A program made the position numbers and the translations under genes. DNA of 64,000 nucleotides from an uncultured Rhodospirillales bacterium (lineage in GTDB: Bacteria > Pseudomonadota > Alphaproteobacteria > UBA9219 > RGZA01): contig CAZMQI010000003.1 of NCBI GenBank assembly GCA_964568585.1, forward strand, positions 32,975 to 96,974, written 5' to 3'. Of the stretch, positions 1 through 11,333 are shown piece after piece (within the stretch, counting starts at the first letter, position 1; each line of letters begins with the position of its first letter). Under the pieces are notes generated by a model, which worked only from the letters and a program-made list of their open reading frames with translations, had not been told where the DNA came from and ran no database searches.

Positions 1-163
1 AAAAGGCGCGTTTGTGTGCAAGCTGTTTCAAGGCGGCGCGGATAAGGATTTATTGGCCGTGTTAAAAAAAGAATTCGTATCCGTGAAACACGCAAAACCA
101 GCAGCATCACGCAGCGACAGCGCGGAAACATATGTTGTAGCGCAAGGGTTTAGAGGCCCATAA
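1..163 (+). CDS. rlmE: 3' end of the 23S rRNA (uridine-2'-O)-methyltransferase RlmE/FtsJ gene; partial, continues upstream of the window
   Basis: Frame-2 translation ...KPAASRSDSAETYVVAQGFRGP* resembles the conserved RlmE C-terminus (KPxxSRxxSxExYxV). Stop codon at 161-163. Confidence 0.55.
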   Translation, partial: KGAFVCKLFQGGADKDLLAVLKKEFVSVKHAKPAASRSDSAETYVVAQGFRGP

Positions 164-170
164 ACCCACC

Positions 171-274
171 GCGGCGTTGGCTTTTTGCCGCTTTCCTACG
201 CTTCCGGTACGCGCGTACAAATGTATGCTTACGTTCCGGTTCTCGAAAATCATCAAAAATCCTTAGCCACAGGG
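171..274. repeat. Intergenic element of about 102 bp, copy 1, upstream of guaB; about 85% identical to 1870-1971
   Basis: Direct comparison with 1870-1971 shows the same length and scattered substitutions. It contains an internal direct sub-repeat CG(C)TTCCGGT and the palindrome GTACGCGCGTAC. Confidence 0.6.
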
Positions 275-372
275 GGTTTATGATGAGTTTCAAATACTTG
301 GTTTCAGCCTGCTTTTTCGCTTTTACTTTCGTTTAAACTCGCTATATTCGCCGAGGATATGGAGATATTTAA

Positions 373-1857
<1,485 letters not shown>

Positions 1858-1869
1858 TAATCTCTAACT

Positions 1870-1971
1870 GCGGCGTTGGCTTTTTGCCGTTTTCTGCGCT
1901 TCCGGTGCTCACGTACTTAAATGTACGCTGCGCTCCGGTTCTCAAAAACAACAAAAATCCTTAGCCGCAGC
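1870..1971. repeat. Intergenic element of about 102 bp, copy 2, between guaB and rsmB
   Basis: Aligns along its full length to 171-274 (gcggcgttggctttttgccg...ccttagcc[a/g]cag). Confidence 0.6.
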
Positions 1972-2003
1972 GAGATTCTAAATAGAATTTTGAAGGAAGA
2001 ATT

Positions 2004-3317
2004 ATGAAAGACGGCGCCCAACTCCAAGCCATCATGGATGTGCTTTTGGAAATAAACGAAGCTGCCCAACCAGCAGATGCAGTGATTGCCAAGTATTTTC
2101 GTGGCCATCGCTACATTGGCTCGAAGGATCGTGCGGCGATTTCCGGCGCGCTGTATTATATTTTGCGCCATATGTACCGTTTGAACTGGTGGGTGGACGA
2201 ACTGGCGGGCACCAAATTATCTGCCGAAGAGCGCATCCGCCTGACTATCATTCTGTTTTTATCGCTGCTCAAGAAATATCCGGCTGATGCGATAACTGCC
2301 GTTTTTTCTGGCGGGAAATATGCCCCTGCCGCATTGGAAGATGATGAAGTCGCATTTTTAAAGAAGCTGGAAGGCCGTACGCTTATTCATCCCAATATGA
2401 ATGACAGCATCCGTCTGGAATGCCCGCCTTGGGCGTATAGCCTTATGAAGCCGTTTTATGGCGAAACGCTCGATAGCGAAATGCGCGCCATGCAGGAAGC
2501 GGCAAGCCTTGATATCCGCATCAATCCATTGAAAACAACCCGCGATGATATTCTAGAAGAATTGGAAAAAGCGGAAATAAAAGGCAAAGCAACGCCGTTC
2601 TCCCCCTATGGTATCCGTATTGATGGCCGCCCGCCGCTATCGCAAATGGCAATGTTCAAGGATGGCCGTATCGAAGTGCAGGATGAAGGTTCACAAATTC
2701 TATCCCTGATGCTGGATGCAAAAAGCGGCATGAGCGTCGTAGATTTTTGTGCAGGTGCAGGCGGTAAAACATTGGCGATTGCAGCAGGTATGAATAATAA
2801 AGGCCGCGTCGTGGCATGCGATGTGGCTGGTGGGCGTTTGGAAAAAGCCAAATTACGTTTCCGCCGTGCCGGATTGCATAATATCGAAACTCATGAATTG
2901 AAGAACGAGAACGACCAATGGGTCAAACATAACGCCGGAAAATATGACCGCGTCATCATCGATGCGCCATGCAGCGGTACCGGCACATGGCGCCGCAACC
3001 CCGATGCGCGCTGGAAACAACTAGGCCCAAGCCTTGATGAATTATTGGGTATGCAGACACGGATTTTAAATTCAGCATCACGACTTGTGAAAGCGGGTGG
3101 ACGCATGGTTTACGCGACCTGTTCGATGTTGCAGGAGGAAAACCAAAGCCAAATCACAGCATTCCTTGAAAAGAATCCATCATTCAAACTGGTGCCATTG
3201 GATGCTGCTATGCCCGCACAGCTGAAGAAACTGGCGAAAGGCGAGATGCTAGTACTCACGCCATCCCGACATAAAACCGACGGGTTTTTTGCCGTAGTTT
3301 TGGAAAAAATCCAATAA
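2004..3317 (+). CDS. rsmB: 16S rRNA (cytosine-C5)-methyltransferase, RsmB/Sun family, with an N-terminal NusB-like domain
   Basis: 437 aa. SAM-binding motif VVDFCAGAGGKT and the catalytic DAPCSGTG...ATCS motif. Confidence 0.85.
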   Translation: MKDGAQLQAIMDVLLEINEAAQPADAVIAKYFRGHRYIGSKDRAAISGALYYILRHMYRLNWWVDELAGTKLSAEERIRLTIILFLSLLKKYPADAITAVFSGGKYAPAALEDDEVAFLKKLEGRTLIHPNMNDSIRLECPPWAYSLMKPFYGETLDSEMRAMQEAASLDIRINPLKTTRDDILEELEKAEIKGKATPFSPYGIRIDGRPPLSQMAMFKDGRIEVQDEGSQILSLMLDAKSGMSVVDFCAGAGGKTLAIAAGMNNKGRVVACDVAGGRLEKAKLRFRRAGLHNIETHELKNENDQWVKHNAGKYDRVIIDAPCSGTGTWRRNPDARWKQLGPSLDELLGMQTRILNSASRLVKAGGRMVYATCSMLQEENQSQITAFLEKNPSFKLVPLDAAMPAQLKKLAKGEMLVLTPSRHKTDGFFAVVLEKIQ

Positions 3318-3409
3318 AATCCAATAAATAGACCGAAAGTAATTAAGCGATATGGCTTGGGGTGTTTGGCAAATAATATCCGTGCAGAACATTTTTTAAG
3401 AGATATTGT

Positions 3410-4255
3410 ATGACGACTATTCACCCACTGCATGCGCTTGCGCGCCTCAAATTAAAGTTAGCCAACCTTTTTGGTGATAATCTTGCCGCATATTCCTTGG
3501 GCTATGCAAATTTACATCCTGAATCGGATACCTATTTAGATGCCACAGCGAAGGCATGGGAAAATATCAATCAAATCGTATCAAAAGACGGGAGCACCGG
3601 CTTTCTTCCAAGTCAGGTAATCGCACTGACAAATCCTAAACCGTCAGTTATGCAGCTGGCTTTGTTGTTGGATGATAAATCAAGTCCGTCCGGATATTCT
3701 GTCCGTTTAATTGAACACGATTTTGAATCAGCCGCAGAAGACCTTGTGATGATGGATGTTGAATTAATCGATGAATCAAGCTCTGTTGTTCTTGCTGCAG
3801 ATAATCGCTCTGAAACTTTTGACTTGAGATGGCTCAATCAAGAACAAAGCGTGCCGCGCATCATGCAGCGGGCATATGATGCTACGGAAGAATATAAATT
3901 CCAAAACATAAGCGATGTTGCGAACTGTTTTGGTCGCTATGGTTTTGATATCAGTGATATTGGGATGGTAGCGCAAGCACCGTTTAGCCCAACTGAACAT
4001 AGTTTGCTTTTAATGGCTATTCCTGACCAAAAGTATCCAGAGACATTTATTATCTATGCTCCGTATGATGCGGTACTGCAGGAACTATCTACGCATGCCG
4101 TTGAAATGGTAGAGCTGCCCGCAGAACAAGAAGCATCGGCCAATGCCGGATATCGATTGGCTGCTAGCCGCCATTTTTTAGGCGAGAGGTTGCTAAAGGC
4201 ATTAAGGCCAGATGTCAGCCTTCAGGCACCCAGATTTCCCGATAATGTTTTCTAA
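3410..4255 (+). CDS. Hypothetical protein
   Basis: Long ORF of 281 aa in the coding gap between rsmB and a terminator. No motif recognised. Confidence 0.45.
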   Translation: MTTIHPLHALARLKLKLANLFGDNLAAYSLGYANLHPESDTYLDATAKAWENINQIVSKDGSTGFLPSQVIALTNPKPSVMQLALLLDDKSSPSGYSVRLIEHDFESAAEDLVMMDVELIDESSSVVLAADNRSETFDLRWLNQEQSVPRIMQRAYDATEEYKFQNISDVANCFGRYGFDISDIGMVAQAPFSPTEHSLLLMAIPDQKYPETFIIYAPYDAVLQELSTHAVEMVELPAEQEASANAGYRLAASRHFLGERLLKALRPDVSLQAPRFPDNVF

Positions 4256-4292
4256 CGCGATTAAGCTGTCATAATGGGCGCGCGCAACAAAA

Positions 4293-4322
4293 AACACCCC
4301 TGAGGTTATCAGGGGTGTTTTG
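4293..4322. terminator. Bidirectional rho-independent terminator
   Basis: Hairpin cacccctga/ggttatc/aggggtg with A-run on one side and T-run on the other, between convergent genes. Confidence 0.5.
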
Positions 4323-4340
4323 CAATTCTAGATATACAGA

Positions 4341-4580
4341 CTATTTGTGCTTGTCGGCAACTTCTGCACATTCCTTGGATAATTCAGCGTGATGTTTTTG
4401 AAGGCATGCATCAATTTCATGATCACCCTTGACATCTTTGCAGTTCTTTTCGATTTCGGCTTTGCAATGGCTCCAGTCAACGGCTTTATGTTCATTTGCA
4501 AAAGCAGGTACGGCAAGCATCGCAACAGCAACTAAAGCCAACATCATCATCTTGTTCATTTTTAAAATCTCCATTGTCAA
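4341..4580 (-). CDS. Small secreted Cys/His-rich protein, possibly metal-binding
   Basis: Signal peptide MNKMMMLALVAVAMLAVPAFA. The true start is likely the internal Met at 4556. The mature part is about 50 aa with 4 Cys and several His. Confidence 0.45.
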   Translation of the reverse strand: MTMEILKMNKMMMLALVAVAMLAVPAFANEHKAVDWSHCKAEIEKNCKDVKGDHEIDACLQKHHAELSKECAEVADKHK

Positions 4581-4647
4581 AGGTATGCCACGGAATATGG
4601 CAATCCGACCTTAAAATCCGATAATTAAACAAAAGTTAAACCGCTTC

Positions 4648-5766
4648 CTACGCCGCTAACGCATCTTCTGCAGTTTGATAATTCTTGTTCAGGGCTTCTG
4701 CCACTTCCTTATGGGTAATCTTGCCCTTGGAAACGTTCAGACCCTTACGGAATCCTACATTTTCCAACAACGCCTTCTTATAACCCTTATCGGCTAATGC
4801 CAGAACATATGGCAGCGTTGCATTGTTCAATGCAAAGGTCGATGTGCGCGCAACCGCGCCAGGCATATTGGCAACACAATAATGAATGACGCCATCAATG
4901 GTATAGATGGGGTCGGCATGAGTTGTTGCTTTTGATGTTTCAAAGCAACCGCCTTGGTCGATGGAAACGTCAACCAACACGCTGCCTTTCTTCATATTGC
5001 CAATCATATCGCGGGTGATAAGACGCGGCGCCGCTGCGCCAGGAACTAATACCGCGCCAATCACGAGGTCTGCTTCCAATGCATAACGTTCAATAGCATG
5101 GTCGGTTGCATATACGGTGCTGATGGATGCGCCAAAGAACATATCCAGCTCCTTCATGCGTTCGTTGGATTTTTCAATCACAGTCACATGCGCGCCCATA
5201 CCAATCGCAACCTTGGCCGCATTGGTTCCAACGACACCGCCGCCCAATACCACAACGTTACCAGCATTCACGCCCGGTACGCCGGACAGCAATACACCAC
5301 GGCCACCATAGGTTTTTTCAAGGTAATGCGCGCCTGCCTGAATGCTCATACGGCCAGCAACTTCCGACATAGGTGCTAAGAGGGGTAAGCGACCTCGCTC
5401 GTCAGTCACGGTTTCATAAGCAATGGCAATCGCACCCGATTGCATCAGCAACTCGGTCTGTGTTGGATCGGGTGCCAAGTGCAAATAGGTGAACAGGATT
5501 TGCCCTTCGCGCAGCATCTTGCATTCTGCTGGCTGTGGTTCCTTCACCTTCACGATCATATCGGCGCGTTTGAAGATTTCGGCGGCTGTCGCCACCATCT
5601 CCGCGCCTGCTTTTTGGTATTCAGTGTTATCAAGCCCGATGGACGTACCGGCATCCTGCTGCACCATCACCTTATGGCCATGCTTGCATAGTTCACGTAC
5701 CGCAGCAGGGGTAAGGCCAACACGGTATTCATGGTTCTTGATCTCTTTTGGAACGCCAATAAGCAT
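4648..5766 (-). CDS. ald: Alanine dehydrogenase
   Basis: 372 aa. N-terminus MLIGVPKEIKNHEYRVGLTP and the NAD-binding motif VVVLGGGVVGTNAA. Confidence 0.9.
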   Translation of the reverse strand: MLIGVPKEIKNHEYRVGLTPAAVRELCKHGHKVMVQQDAGTSIGLDNTEYQKAGAEMVATAAEIFKRADMIVKVKEPQPAECKMLREGQILFTYLHLAPDPTQTELLMQSGAIAIAYETVTDERGRLPLLAPMSEVAGRMSIQAGAHYLEKTYGGRGVLLSGVPGVNAGNVVVLGGGVVGTNAAKVAIGMGAHVTVIEKSNERMKELDMFFGASISTVYATDHAIERYALEADLVIGAVLVPGAAAPRLITRDMIGNMKKGSVLVDVSIDQGGCFETSKATTHADPIYTIDGVIHYCVANMPGAVARTSTFALNNATLPYVLALADKGYKKALLENVGFRKGLNVSKGKITHKEVAEALNKNYQTAEDALAA

Positions 5767-5781
5767 GGTCAGTCTCTCCTA

Positions 5782-6675
5782 TTACTTCTTTTGTTTTTGA
5801 GGGATGAAGTTCAGAACGAACTTAATCATGGTTGGCATAAGGGTAGGGCGGATTAACCGTGCATCAAACGGCGCCATGCGCTTATCATTTTCTGATAGGC
5901 ACAATTCCAGAAATTCGCGCACATTGAAATCTGCGGCAAAGTTTTGCCCGCCTGCGGCCACGAAATTATCCCCACTTGAATTTGAATTGCCGCTTGCGGC
6001 ATCGCCGGCAATATCCAAACGGCCAAAGGCATTCAGCAATAATGCGCCGATGCAGCGGATGCGGAAGATAACTTTATCAAGCATATTCGTCTTGTTTGCA
6101 GATTGCCATGCCACCCAGTTCACGAAGAACAGGATATGGCGGCCTTCTTCACGGATAACGGGCTCGAACGTATCGACCAAAGCTGGCGGGAAAAATCCGG
6201 AACGCTTCGCCAGTTCAAATAGACCAAATGCAAAAAAACTGTCGAAGCATTCACCGTAACCCGTACGCAAAAACGCCCATTCGGGGTCCTTATCTGCCTG
6301 ATACACAGGCTCGGGTTTTAATTTAATACCATAGGCATTGATCATGTGTTCTAACACATGTTTATGCCGTGCTTCTTCGAATGCATTCAGCGCAACGGCT
6401 TCCTTTAGCAAGGTATCATTGAGTGTATCAGCAAGGCGCTGTACGCGGATGGAGGCATAGCCTTCGGTCTGTACCGCGACATCCCAAAAGGGCAGGGAAG
6501 TGATGCGTTGTAACGCATCAGGTTCCAACTGCGGCCATTCGATGACGGCAGGCTTATACGCATCAAAGGTATCAAGCAGCATATGGCAGAATGCATGCTT
6601 GTGTTCGGGAGAACCGATTTTTAATGGGGGCAGTGATGCAGGAATGTCAGAAGCTGAATACGCGGCATGGGTCAT
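5782..6675 (-). CDS. Ferritin-like di-iron domain protein, possibly DUF455-type
   Basis: 297 aa. E...EExH-like carboxylate/His pairs (EEARHKH, EEGRH) typical of ferritin-like four-helix bundles. Confidence 0.5.
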   Translation of the reverse strand: MTHAAYSASDIPASLPPLKIGSPEHKHAFCHMLLDTFDAYKPAVIEWPQLEPDALQRITSLPFWDVAVQTEGYASIRVQRLADTLNDTLLKEAVALNAFEEARHKHVLEHMINAYGIKLKPEPVYQADKDPEWAFLRTGYGECFDSFFAFGLFELAKRSGFFPPALVDTFEPVIREEGRHILFFVNWVAWQSANKTNMLDKVIFRIRCIGALLLNAFGRLDIAGDAASGNSNSSGDNFVAAGGQNFAADFNVREFLELCLSENDKRMAPFDARLIRPTLMPTMIKFVLNFIPQKQKK

Positions 6676-6810
6676 ATCAAAAACCTTGGGTAAAACCTCG
6701 TCAGTATGTGTGGGCGAATTAAGGCCAATTCGCTTTTAATTGCAATGATTAATGCATAAAGTTAATTGGGGGGCTTGCTAATTAACGGTTTGATTGCCAC
6801 ATAATAATGC

Positions 6811-7278
6811 ATGACAACACGCCTATCCATATTCAGCAGCCCGCTATTACTGGGCTTTGACCAGTTCGAACGTACCCTTGAACGGTGTACCAAGGGCAGT
6901 GATAGCTATCCGCCATATAACATCGAGCAGACGGGTGACAATACCTTGCGTATCACCTTGGCGGTTGCCGGATTTACGATGGATGATTTATCGGTGCATA
7001 CCGAAGACAGCCAGTTGGTTATTCGTGGTAGAGCACGAGAAGAATGCAGCCAAGAACAGCAACGTATTTTCCTGCACAAGGGAATCGCCGCACGGCAGTT
7101 CCAGCGAATCTTCGTGCTGGCTGAAGGCATCGAAATCGGCTCCGCTTATTTGGACAACGGGCTTTTAAATATCGATTTGCGCCGTCCGGTGGTTGAACCA
7201 AAAATCCAATCCATTCCTATCACCAAGGGAAAAGTGCCACAAAACAACAGCATTTCAATCAAATCAGAACGCGATTAG
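6811..7278 (+). CDS. Small heat-shock protein, Hsp20/IbpA family
   Basis: 155 aa. The N-terminus resembles IbpA (GFD.FER...GYPPYNIE....YRI.LAVAGF). Alpha-crystallin domain. Confidence 0.85.
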   Translation: MTTRLSIFSSPLLLGFDQFERTLERCTKGSDSYPPYNIEQTGDNTLRITLAVAGFTMDDLSVHTEDSQLVIRGRAREECSQEQQRIFLHKGIAARQFQRIFVLAEGIEIGSAYLDNGLLNIDLRRPVVEPKIQSIPITKGKVPQNNSISIKSERD

Positions 7279-7400
7279 CCATTCTGGTTTCCACATCGAT
7301 GGGTGTGTGGCTGCGTCATAATTAATCATCTGTTAAGAATACTGAAATCGGCTTTAATCATTCATTATCTTCTGTGGGCTTACACTGAACCTTCCACACA

Positions 7401-7646
7401 ATGAGGGTGTTCATGAGCCGTGATTTGCCAAACAAGAACAACGAATTGAAGAAGACCATTTCAACCCAAGACTTCAACAGTTTTGGTCTTGAAGATATGG
7501 CTTATGTCAAAACCGTTAGTGTTGAAGGGCAGAAATTACACGCGGTACATGCAGCGGATGGTACGCCGCTTACGGTCATCAATACACGCGATTTGGCATT
7601 CGCAACCGTGCGTCAGCACGAGATGGAACCGCTTAGCGTCCACTAA
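7401..7646 (+). CDS. DUF1150-family small protein, commonly found next to hsp20 in alphaproteobacteria
   Basis: 81 aa, conserved length and position downstream of hsp20. Recognition is weak. Confidence 0.5.
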   Translation: MRVFMSRDLPNKNNELKKTISTQDFNSFGLEDMAYVKTVSVEGQKLHAVHAADGTPLTVINTRDLAFATVRQHEMEPLSVH

Positions 7647-7666
7647 GTCAGTTCACTAAATCCCAA

Positions 7667-8338
7667 CTATTGATTCGTCACTAGCGCAGCGCCTGGCACG
7701 TTGTAGTGGAAATTTGGCGCCGTTAAACATGTGCCAAGGTCAATTTTGAAACGTTTTGCCAGCTTCATATTTTCTTTCAGGCTCATTTCAGTCCAATAGA
7801 CGCCGCCATTCATATCCACCGCGACCGCGATGAACGGAATGCTGTTCACTTCGCGCTTTAAAAAATCTGTGATGAAGGTTTCACGGTCAAAGCGGATGTA
7901 AGTCTTGGTTGTGTTATAGGGCTTATACATGCTGGAGCGTTCAAAAATACCATTTTCGTGGCTAAGGCATATGTAGCCCGCAGCACCTGCATTGACCAGC
8001 TCGTAAAAGTTAGATTTGCGCTCCCAGCTCGGCATCTCAATCGCCAGATAGGTGATGGCGGCGATGATTGCAATCCACACCAACGGTTTTTTTGCGTATG
8101 TCAGGCCGATGCGTTTGCTGTTCTCAATCAGCTTGTCTTTGTTGATGTCGAACTTTGGTAATTCACTTAAAAGTGGCTTCTTGGGTGCAACAGGTTTACT
8201 CGCGGGTTTTTTCTGCACGGGCTTTTTGGAACCTATTTTTTGTGCATCAGGTTTTTTTTCACCTGAAGGTGGCTGATTAGTTGGCGGCTTCCACATTCTT
8301 TTCGCCTTCCGAAAGCAGCGCGTAGAGGGCTTTGGCAT
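7667..8338 (-). CDS. Hypothetical membrane protein with a Lys/Pro-rich N-terminus
   Basis: 223 aa. Basic low-complexity N-terminus followed by one TM segment (LVWIAIIAAITYLAI). The 5' end overlaps ptsN, so the true start is probably downstream. Confidence 0.4.
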   Translation of the reverse strand: MPKPSTRCFRKAKRMWKPPTNQPPSGEKKPDAQKIGSKKPVQKKPASKPVAPKKPLLSELPKFDINKDKLIENSKRIGLTYAKKPLVWIAIIAAITYLAIEMPSWERKSNFYELVNAGAAGYICLSHENGIFERSSMYKPYNTTKTYIRFDRETFITDFLKREVNSIPFIAVAVDMNGGVYWTEMSLKENMKLAKRFKIDLGTCLTAPNFHYNVPGAALVTNQ

Positions 8339-8759
8339 CGTTAGCAGCGCGTAGTTTTTCGCAGAATGCTTTTTCGCGGAACATACGGCTTATTTTAGCC
8401 AGGGCTTTAAGATGGTCTGCGCCTGCATCATGGGGCGCAAGGAGCATGAACAATAAATCAACGGGCTTTTCATCAATCGCTTCAAAATCAATCGGCTGTG
8501 AAAGTCGTGCAAAAAAGCCGAATACCTTATCGGTATTTTCAATCTTACCGTGCGGGATGGCAATGCCATGACCTACGCCAGTTGTGCCCAGTTTTTCACG
8601 GGCGAACAGCACATCAAATACCACATGTTCGGAAAGGCCGGTGATGGGGGCCGCGAGTTTTGCAAGTTCATGCAACGCTTGTTTCTTATTATCGACCTTA
8701 AGGTCTGCGATAATATGCCCTTCACGAATGAGGCCGGCAGTTGTTTCACGTTTAGTCAT
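8277..8759 (-). CDS. ptsN: Nitrogen-related PTS EIIA component, PtsN (EIIA-Ntr)
   Basis: Motifs HGIAIPHG and the phospho-His region. The ORF extends to 8822, but the Met at 8759 gives the canonical length of about 160 aa. Confidence 0.8.
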   Translation of the reverse strand: MTKRETTAGLIREGHIIADLKVDNKKQALHELAKLAAPITGLSEHVVFDVLFAREKLGTTGVGHGIAIPHGKIENTDKVFGFFARLSQPIDFEAIDEKPVDLLFMLLAPHDAGADHLKALAKISRMFREKAFCEKLRAANDAKALYALLSEGEKNVEAAN

Positions 8760-8843
8760 GGGTTTATATTCCGGTGTTTTGTTTTCGGAGGATTTAATTG
8801 ATTGAGGTTTGCGCGCTAACATGATGCACCCTTTTTCCTGGGC

Positions 8844-9488
8844 TTATTTCTTTGGTGATGCATTGGTGGGGTCAACCCAGCCAATGTGACCATCCGCACG
8901 GCGATAGACCATGTTCAAATTACCATGTGTGCGGTTGTTGAACAAAAGTGCAGGAAGCTCAGCAAAATCCAGCATCATCACTGCTTCGCTTACCGTCAGG
9001 TTTTCGATGCGGGTGGTGGTTTCAGCAACAATCAACGGCGCGTGCGCTTCATTTGCGGCGCCTGCGGCCTCGTTTTCAGGATTGAGAACATATTTACGTG
9101 CAGTCATCGCTTCGAATGCTGCGTGCTTGTCATTACCTTGGTGGTGATGCATATCGAGTAGGCGTTTTTTATGACGGCTCAGGCGTTTTGCAATACGGCC
9201 TGCGGCTTCATCGAATGCAGGGTAGGGGTCGTTTGCGGAGAAATTACTTTGCAGGATAATGCCACGTGCAGCATGCACGGAGATGTCGGCGCGGAACTGA
9301 TGCGCTTCTTTGGAGAACACGACGGTGGCATCTAAAGGGGTTGTAAAATACTTGCTGACGACATCGGAAAGGTGTTGCTGGACATGGGCACGAAGGCTGT
9401 CCCCTACATCAAGTTGCTTACCCTTGATCTGAATCTTCATTTCTGCGGGGGCAGCGTCATTATTTGGCACTTGTGCATGTGTAGTCAT
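8844..9488 (-). CDS. hpf: Ribosome hibernation promoting factor (sigma-54 modulation protein), long form
   Basis: Conserved KIQIKGKQLDVGDSLR N-terminal domain plus a C-terminal extension. The true start is likely the Met at 9440. Confidence 0.85.
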   Translation of the reverse strand: MTTHAQVPNNDAAPAEMKIQIKGKQLDVGDSLRAHVQQHLSDVVSKYFTTPLDATVVFSKEAHQFRADISVHAARGIILQSNFSANDPYPAFDEAAGRIAKRLSRHKKRLLDMHHHQGNDKHAAFEAMTARKYVLNPENEAAGAANEAHAPLIVAETTTRIENLTVSEAVMMLDFAELPALLFNNRTHGNLNMVYRRADGHIGWVDPTNASPKK

Positions 9489-9785
9489 TGGTTTTTAAAA
9501 CCCTTCTGTATGGAAAAATTGGGATGATTGGTTGGATTGACCCCCGCCTGCTTTTTAAAATTGGCAACCTGTGAGGTTGTGGTAAGCGGCCGGGTTCGAG
9601 GATAGTGAGGTCAATGATGTTTTCATCGAGTTATGATGCTGCGATTGCGAAATACTGTCAAGAAAACTATCTTTTTTCGGGCATTTTTGAGCTTAATGAT
9701 TAGAACAAAAGCGGATAATTCGCCCATGATTACTGTGGATTACTCGGTGATTATTGGGGGATTATTGGGGGATTAATCAAAAGTA

Positions 9786-11288
9786 TTAAATTTTGATGCG
9801 TTTTTCACGGCGACGTTGTGCGGAGGTCGCGATGTGCATCGCTTCGCGATATTTTGCAACAGTACGGCGTGCGATTTCAACGCCTTCACGTTTCAGGATT
9901 TTTACCAAATCTTCATCTGATAATACGGCTGCAGGCGTTTCGCCTTCAATCAATGCTTTGATGCGGTGGCGCACAGATTCGGCTGAATGCGCGCTTAACC
10001 CCGAGCATCCATTGATGGATACGGAGAAGAAGTATTTCAATTCAAACATGCCGCGCGGTGTCGCAATGTACTTGTTGCTGGTTACGCGGCTGACGGTGGA
10101 TTCGTGCATGCCGATGATATTAGCAATATCGCGAAGGGTCATGGGCTTTAAAAATTCAACGCCGTGCTGAAAGAACATATCCTGCTGGCGCACGATTTCG
10201 CTGGCCACTTTCAAAATGGTGGTGGCACGTTGGTGTAACGCGCGTACCAGCCAATTGGCCGATTGAACGCGGTCTGACAGATAATCCTTTTCCTGTTTCT
10301 TGACGACTTGGCCTTGTACTTTTGATAAATAACTTTCGTTGATAAGCACACGCGGTAATGTTTCCTGGTTCAGTTCAATGATCCAGCCCTTGGCGGCAGA
10401 ACCACGCATCAATACATCCGGGATGATGGTTGGCGCGGTATCATGATCGAATGCCAAAGCTGGCTTTGGGTTCAGGCAGCGGATTTCGCTGACCATATCT
10501 GCGAAATCTTCGGCATCAACACCGCACAATTTCATCAATTTATCTTTTTCGCGGGCGGCCAATAAATCAAGGTGTTCGACCATCGCCTGCATCGCAGGAT
10601 CAAAACGGCCTTTTTCCTTCAGTTGCAGGGAAAGACATTCTTTCAAATTGCGTGCAAAAATTCCAACTGGCTCCAGTTTTTGTAAACGAAGCAATATGCC
10701 TTCGATTATGGAAGCATCACAGCCAAGTTTTTCAGCCATCACGCTAATATCGGCGGTCATATAGCCCGCTTCATCAAGGCTATCCATCAACATCAAGGCA
10801 ATGATGCGTTCTTTTGCATCGACAACATCGAGTTGCATCTGACCCATCAAATGGTCACGAAGGCTTACGCCGTGGGAAAGGGTGCTTTCCTGTTCGCCTG
10901 CATCTTCATTGCGCCCATCATGGCCACCGCTGCGGCTGCTGGATGACAGGTTCCATGAACCTTCATCGCTGCTGTCTTCGCCGCTGCTTTCATAATTGCC
11001 TTGGTCGCTGGCTTTATCTGCGGCAACCATTTTTCCATCATCGGGTAGTTCTTCATTTGCGTCACGGTCGCGTGCATCGGTTTCGAATGCGTTGTCATCC
11101 AACTTTTCCAATAATGGATTTTTTTCCATTTCGGTTTCGAGGTAGCTAGATAATTCGATGTTGGACATTTGCAACAGCTTGATGGCTTGTTGCAGTTGCG
11201 GGGTCATAACCAGGTTTTGCTGCAGCGCCTGACTGCCGCGCATTTCCATACGTGGGTTTGATGCTTGGGGGTTTGGTGTGCCAGCCAT
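9786..11288 (-). CDS. rpoN: RNA polymerase sigma-54 factor
   Basis: 500 aa. Gln-rich N-terminus, acidic region, and the RpoN box ARRTVAKYRE at the C-terminus. Confidence 0.95.
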   Translation of the reverse strand: MAGTPNPQASNPRMEMRGSQALQQNLVMTPQLQQAIKLLQMSNIELSSYLETEMEKNPLLEKLDDNAFETDARDRDANEELPDDGKMVAADKASDQGNYESSGEDSSDEGSWNLSSSSRSGGHDGRNEDAGEQESTLSHGVSLRDHLMGQMQLDVVDAKERIIALMLMDSLDEAGYMTADISVMAEKLGCDASIIEGILLRLQKLEPVGIFARNLKECLSLQLKEKGRFDPAMQAMVEHLDLLAAREKDKLMKLCGVDAEDFADMVSEIRCLNPKPALAFDHDTAPTIIPDVLMRGSAAKGWIIELNQETLPRVLINESYLSKVQGQVVKKQEKDYLSDRVQSANWLVRALHQRATTILKVASEIVRQQDMFFQHGVEFLKPMTLRDIANIIGMHESTVSRVTSNKYIATPRGMFELKYFFSVSINGCSGLSAHSAESVRHRIKALIEGETPAAVLSDEDLVKILKREGVEIARRTVAKYREAMHIATSAQRRREKRIKI

Positions 11289-11333
11289 GGTGATTTCGTC
11301 TTCTATGCAAGAATTGTTCCAACTCGGGAAATC

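Noticed and set aside
9489-9785. Short tandem repeats (gattattggggg x2 at about 9745-9775). Similar ones occur at 3318-3340 (aatccaataa x2) and 32535-32575 (ggcaaaagtaatt x2).
   Set aside because: Each has only two units and lies in an intergenic or AT-rich stretch. No sigma-54 promoter (TGGCAC-N5-TTGC) was found on the hpf strand, and no function can be assigned.
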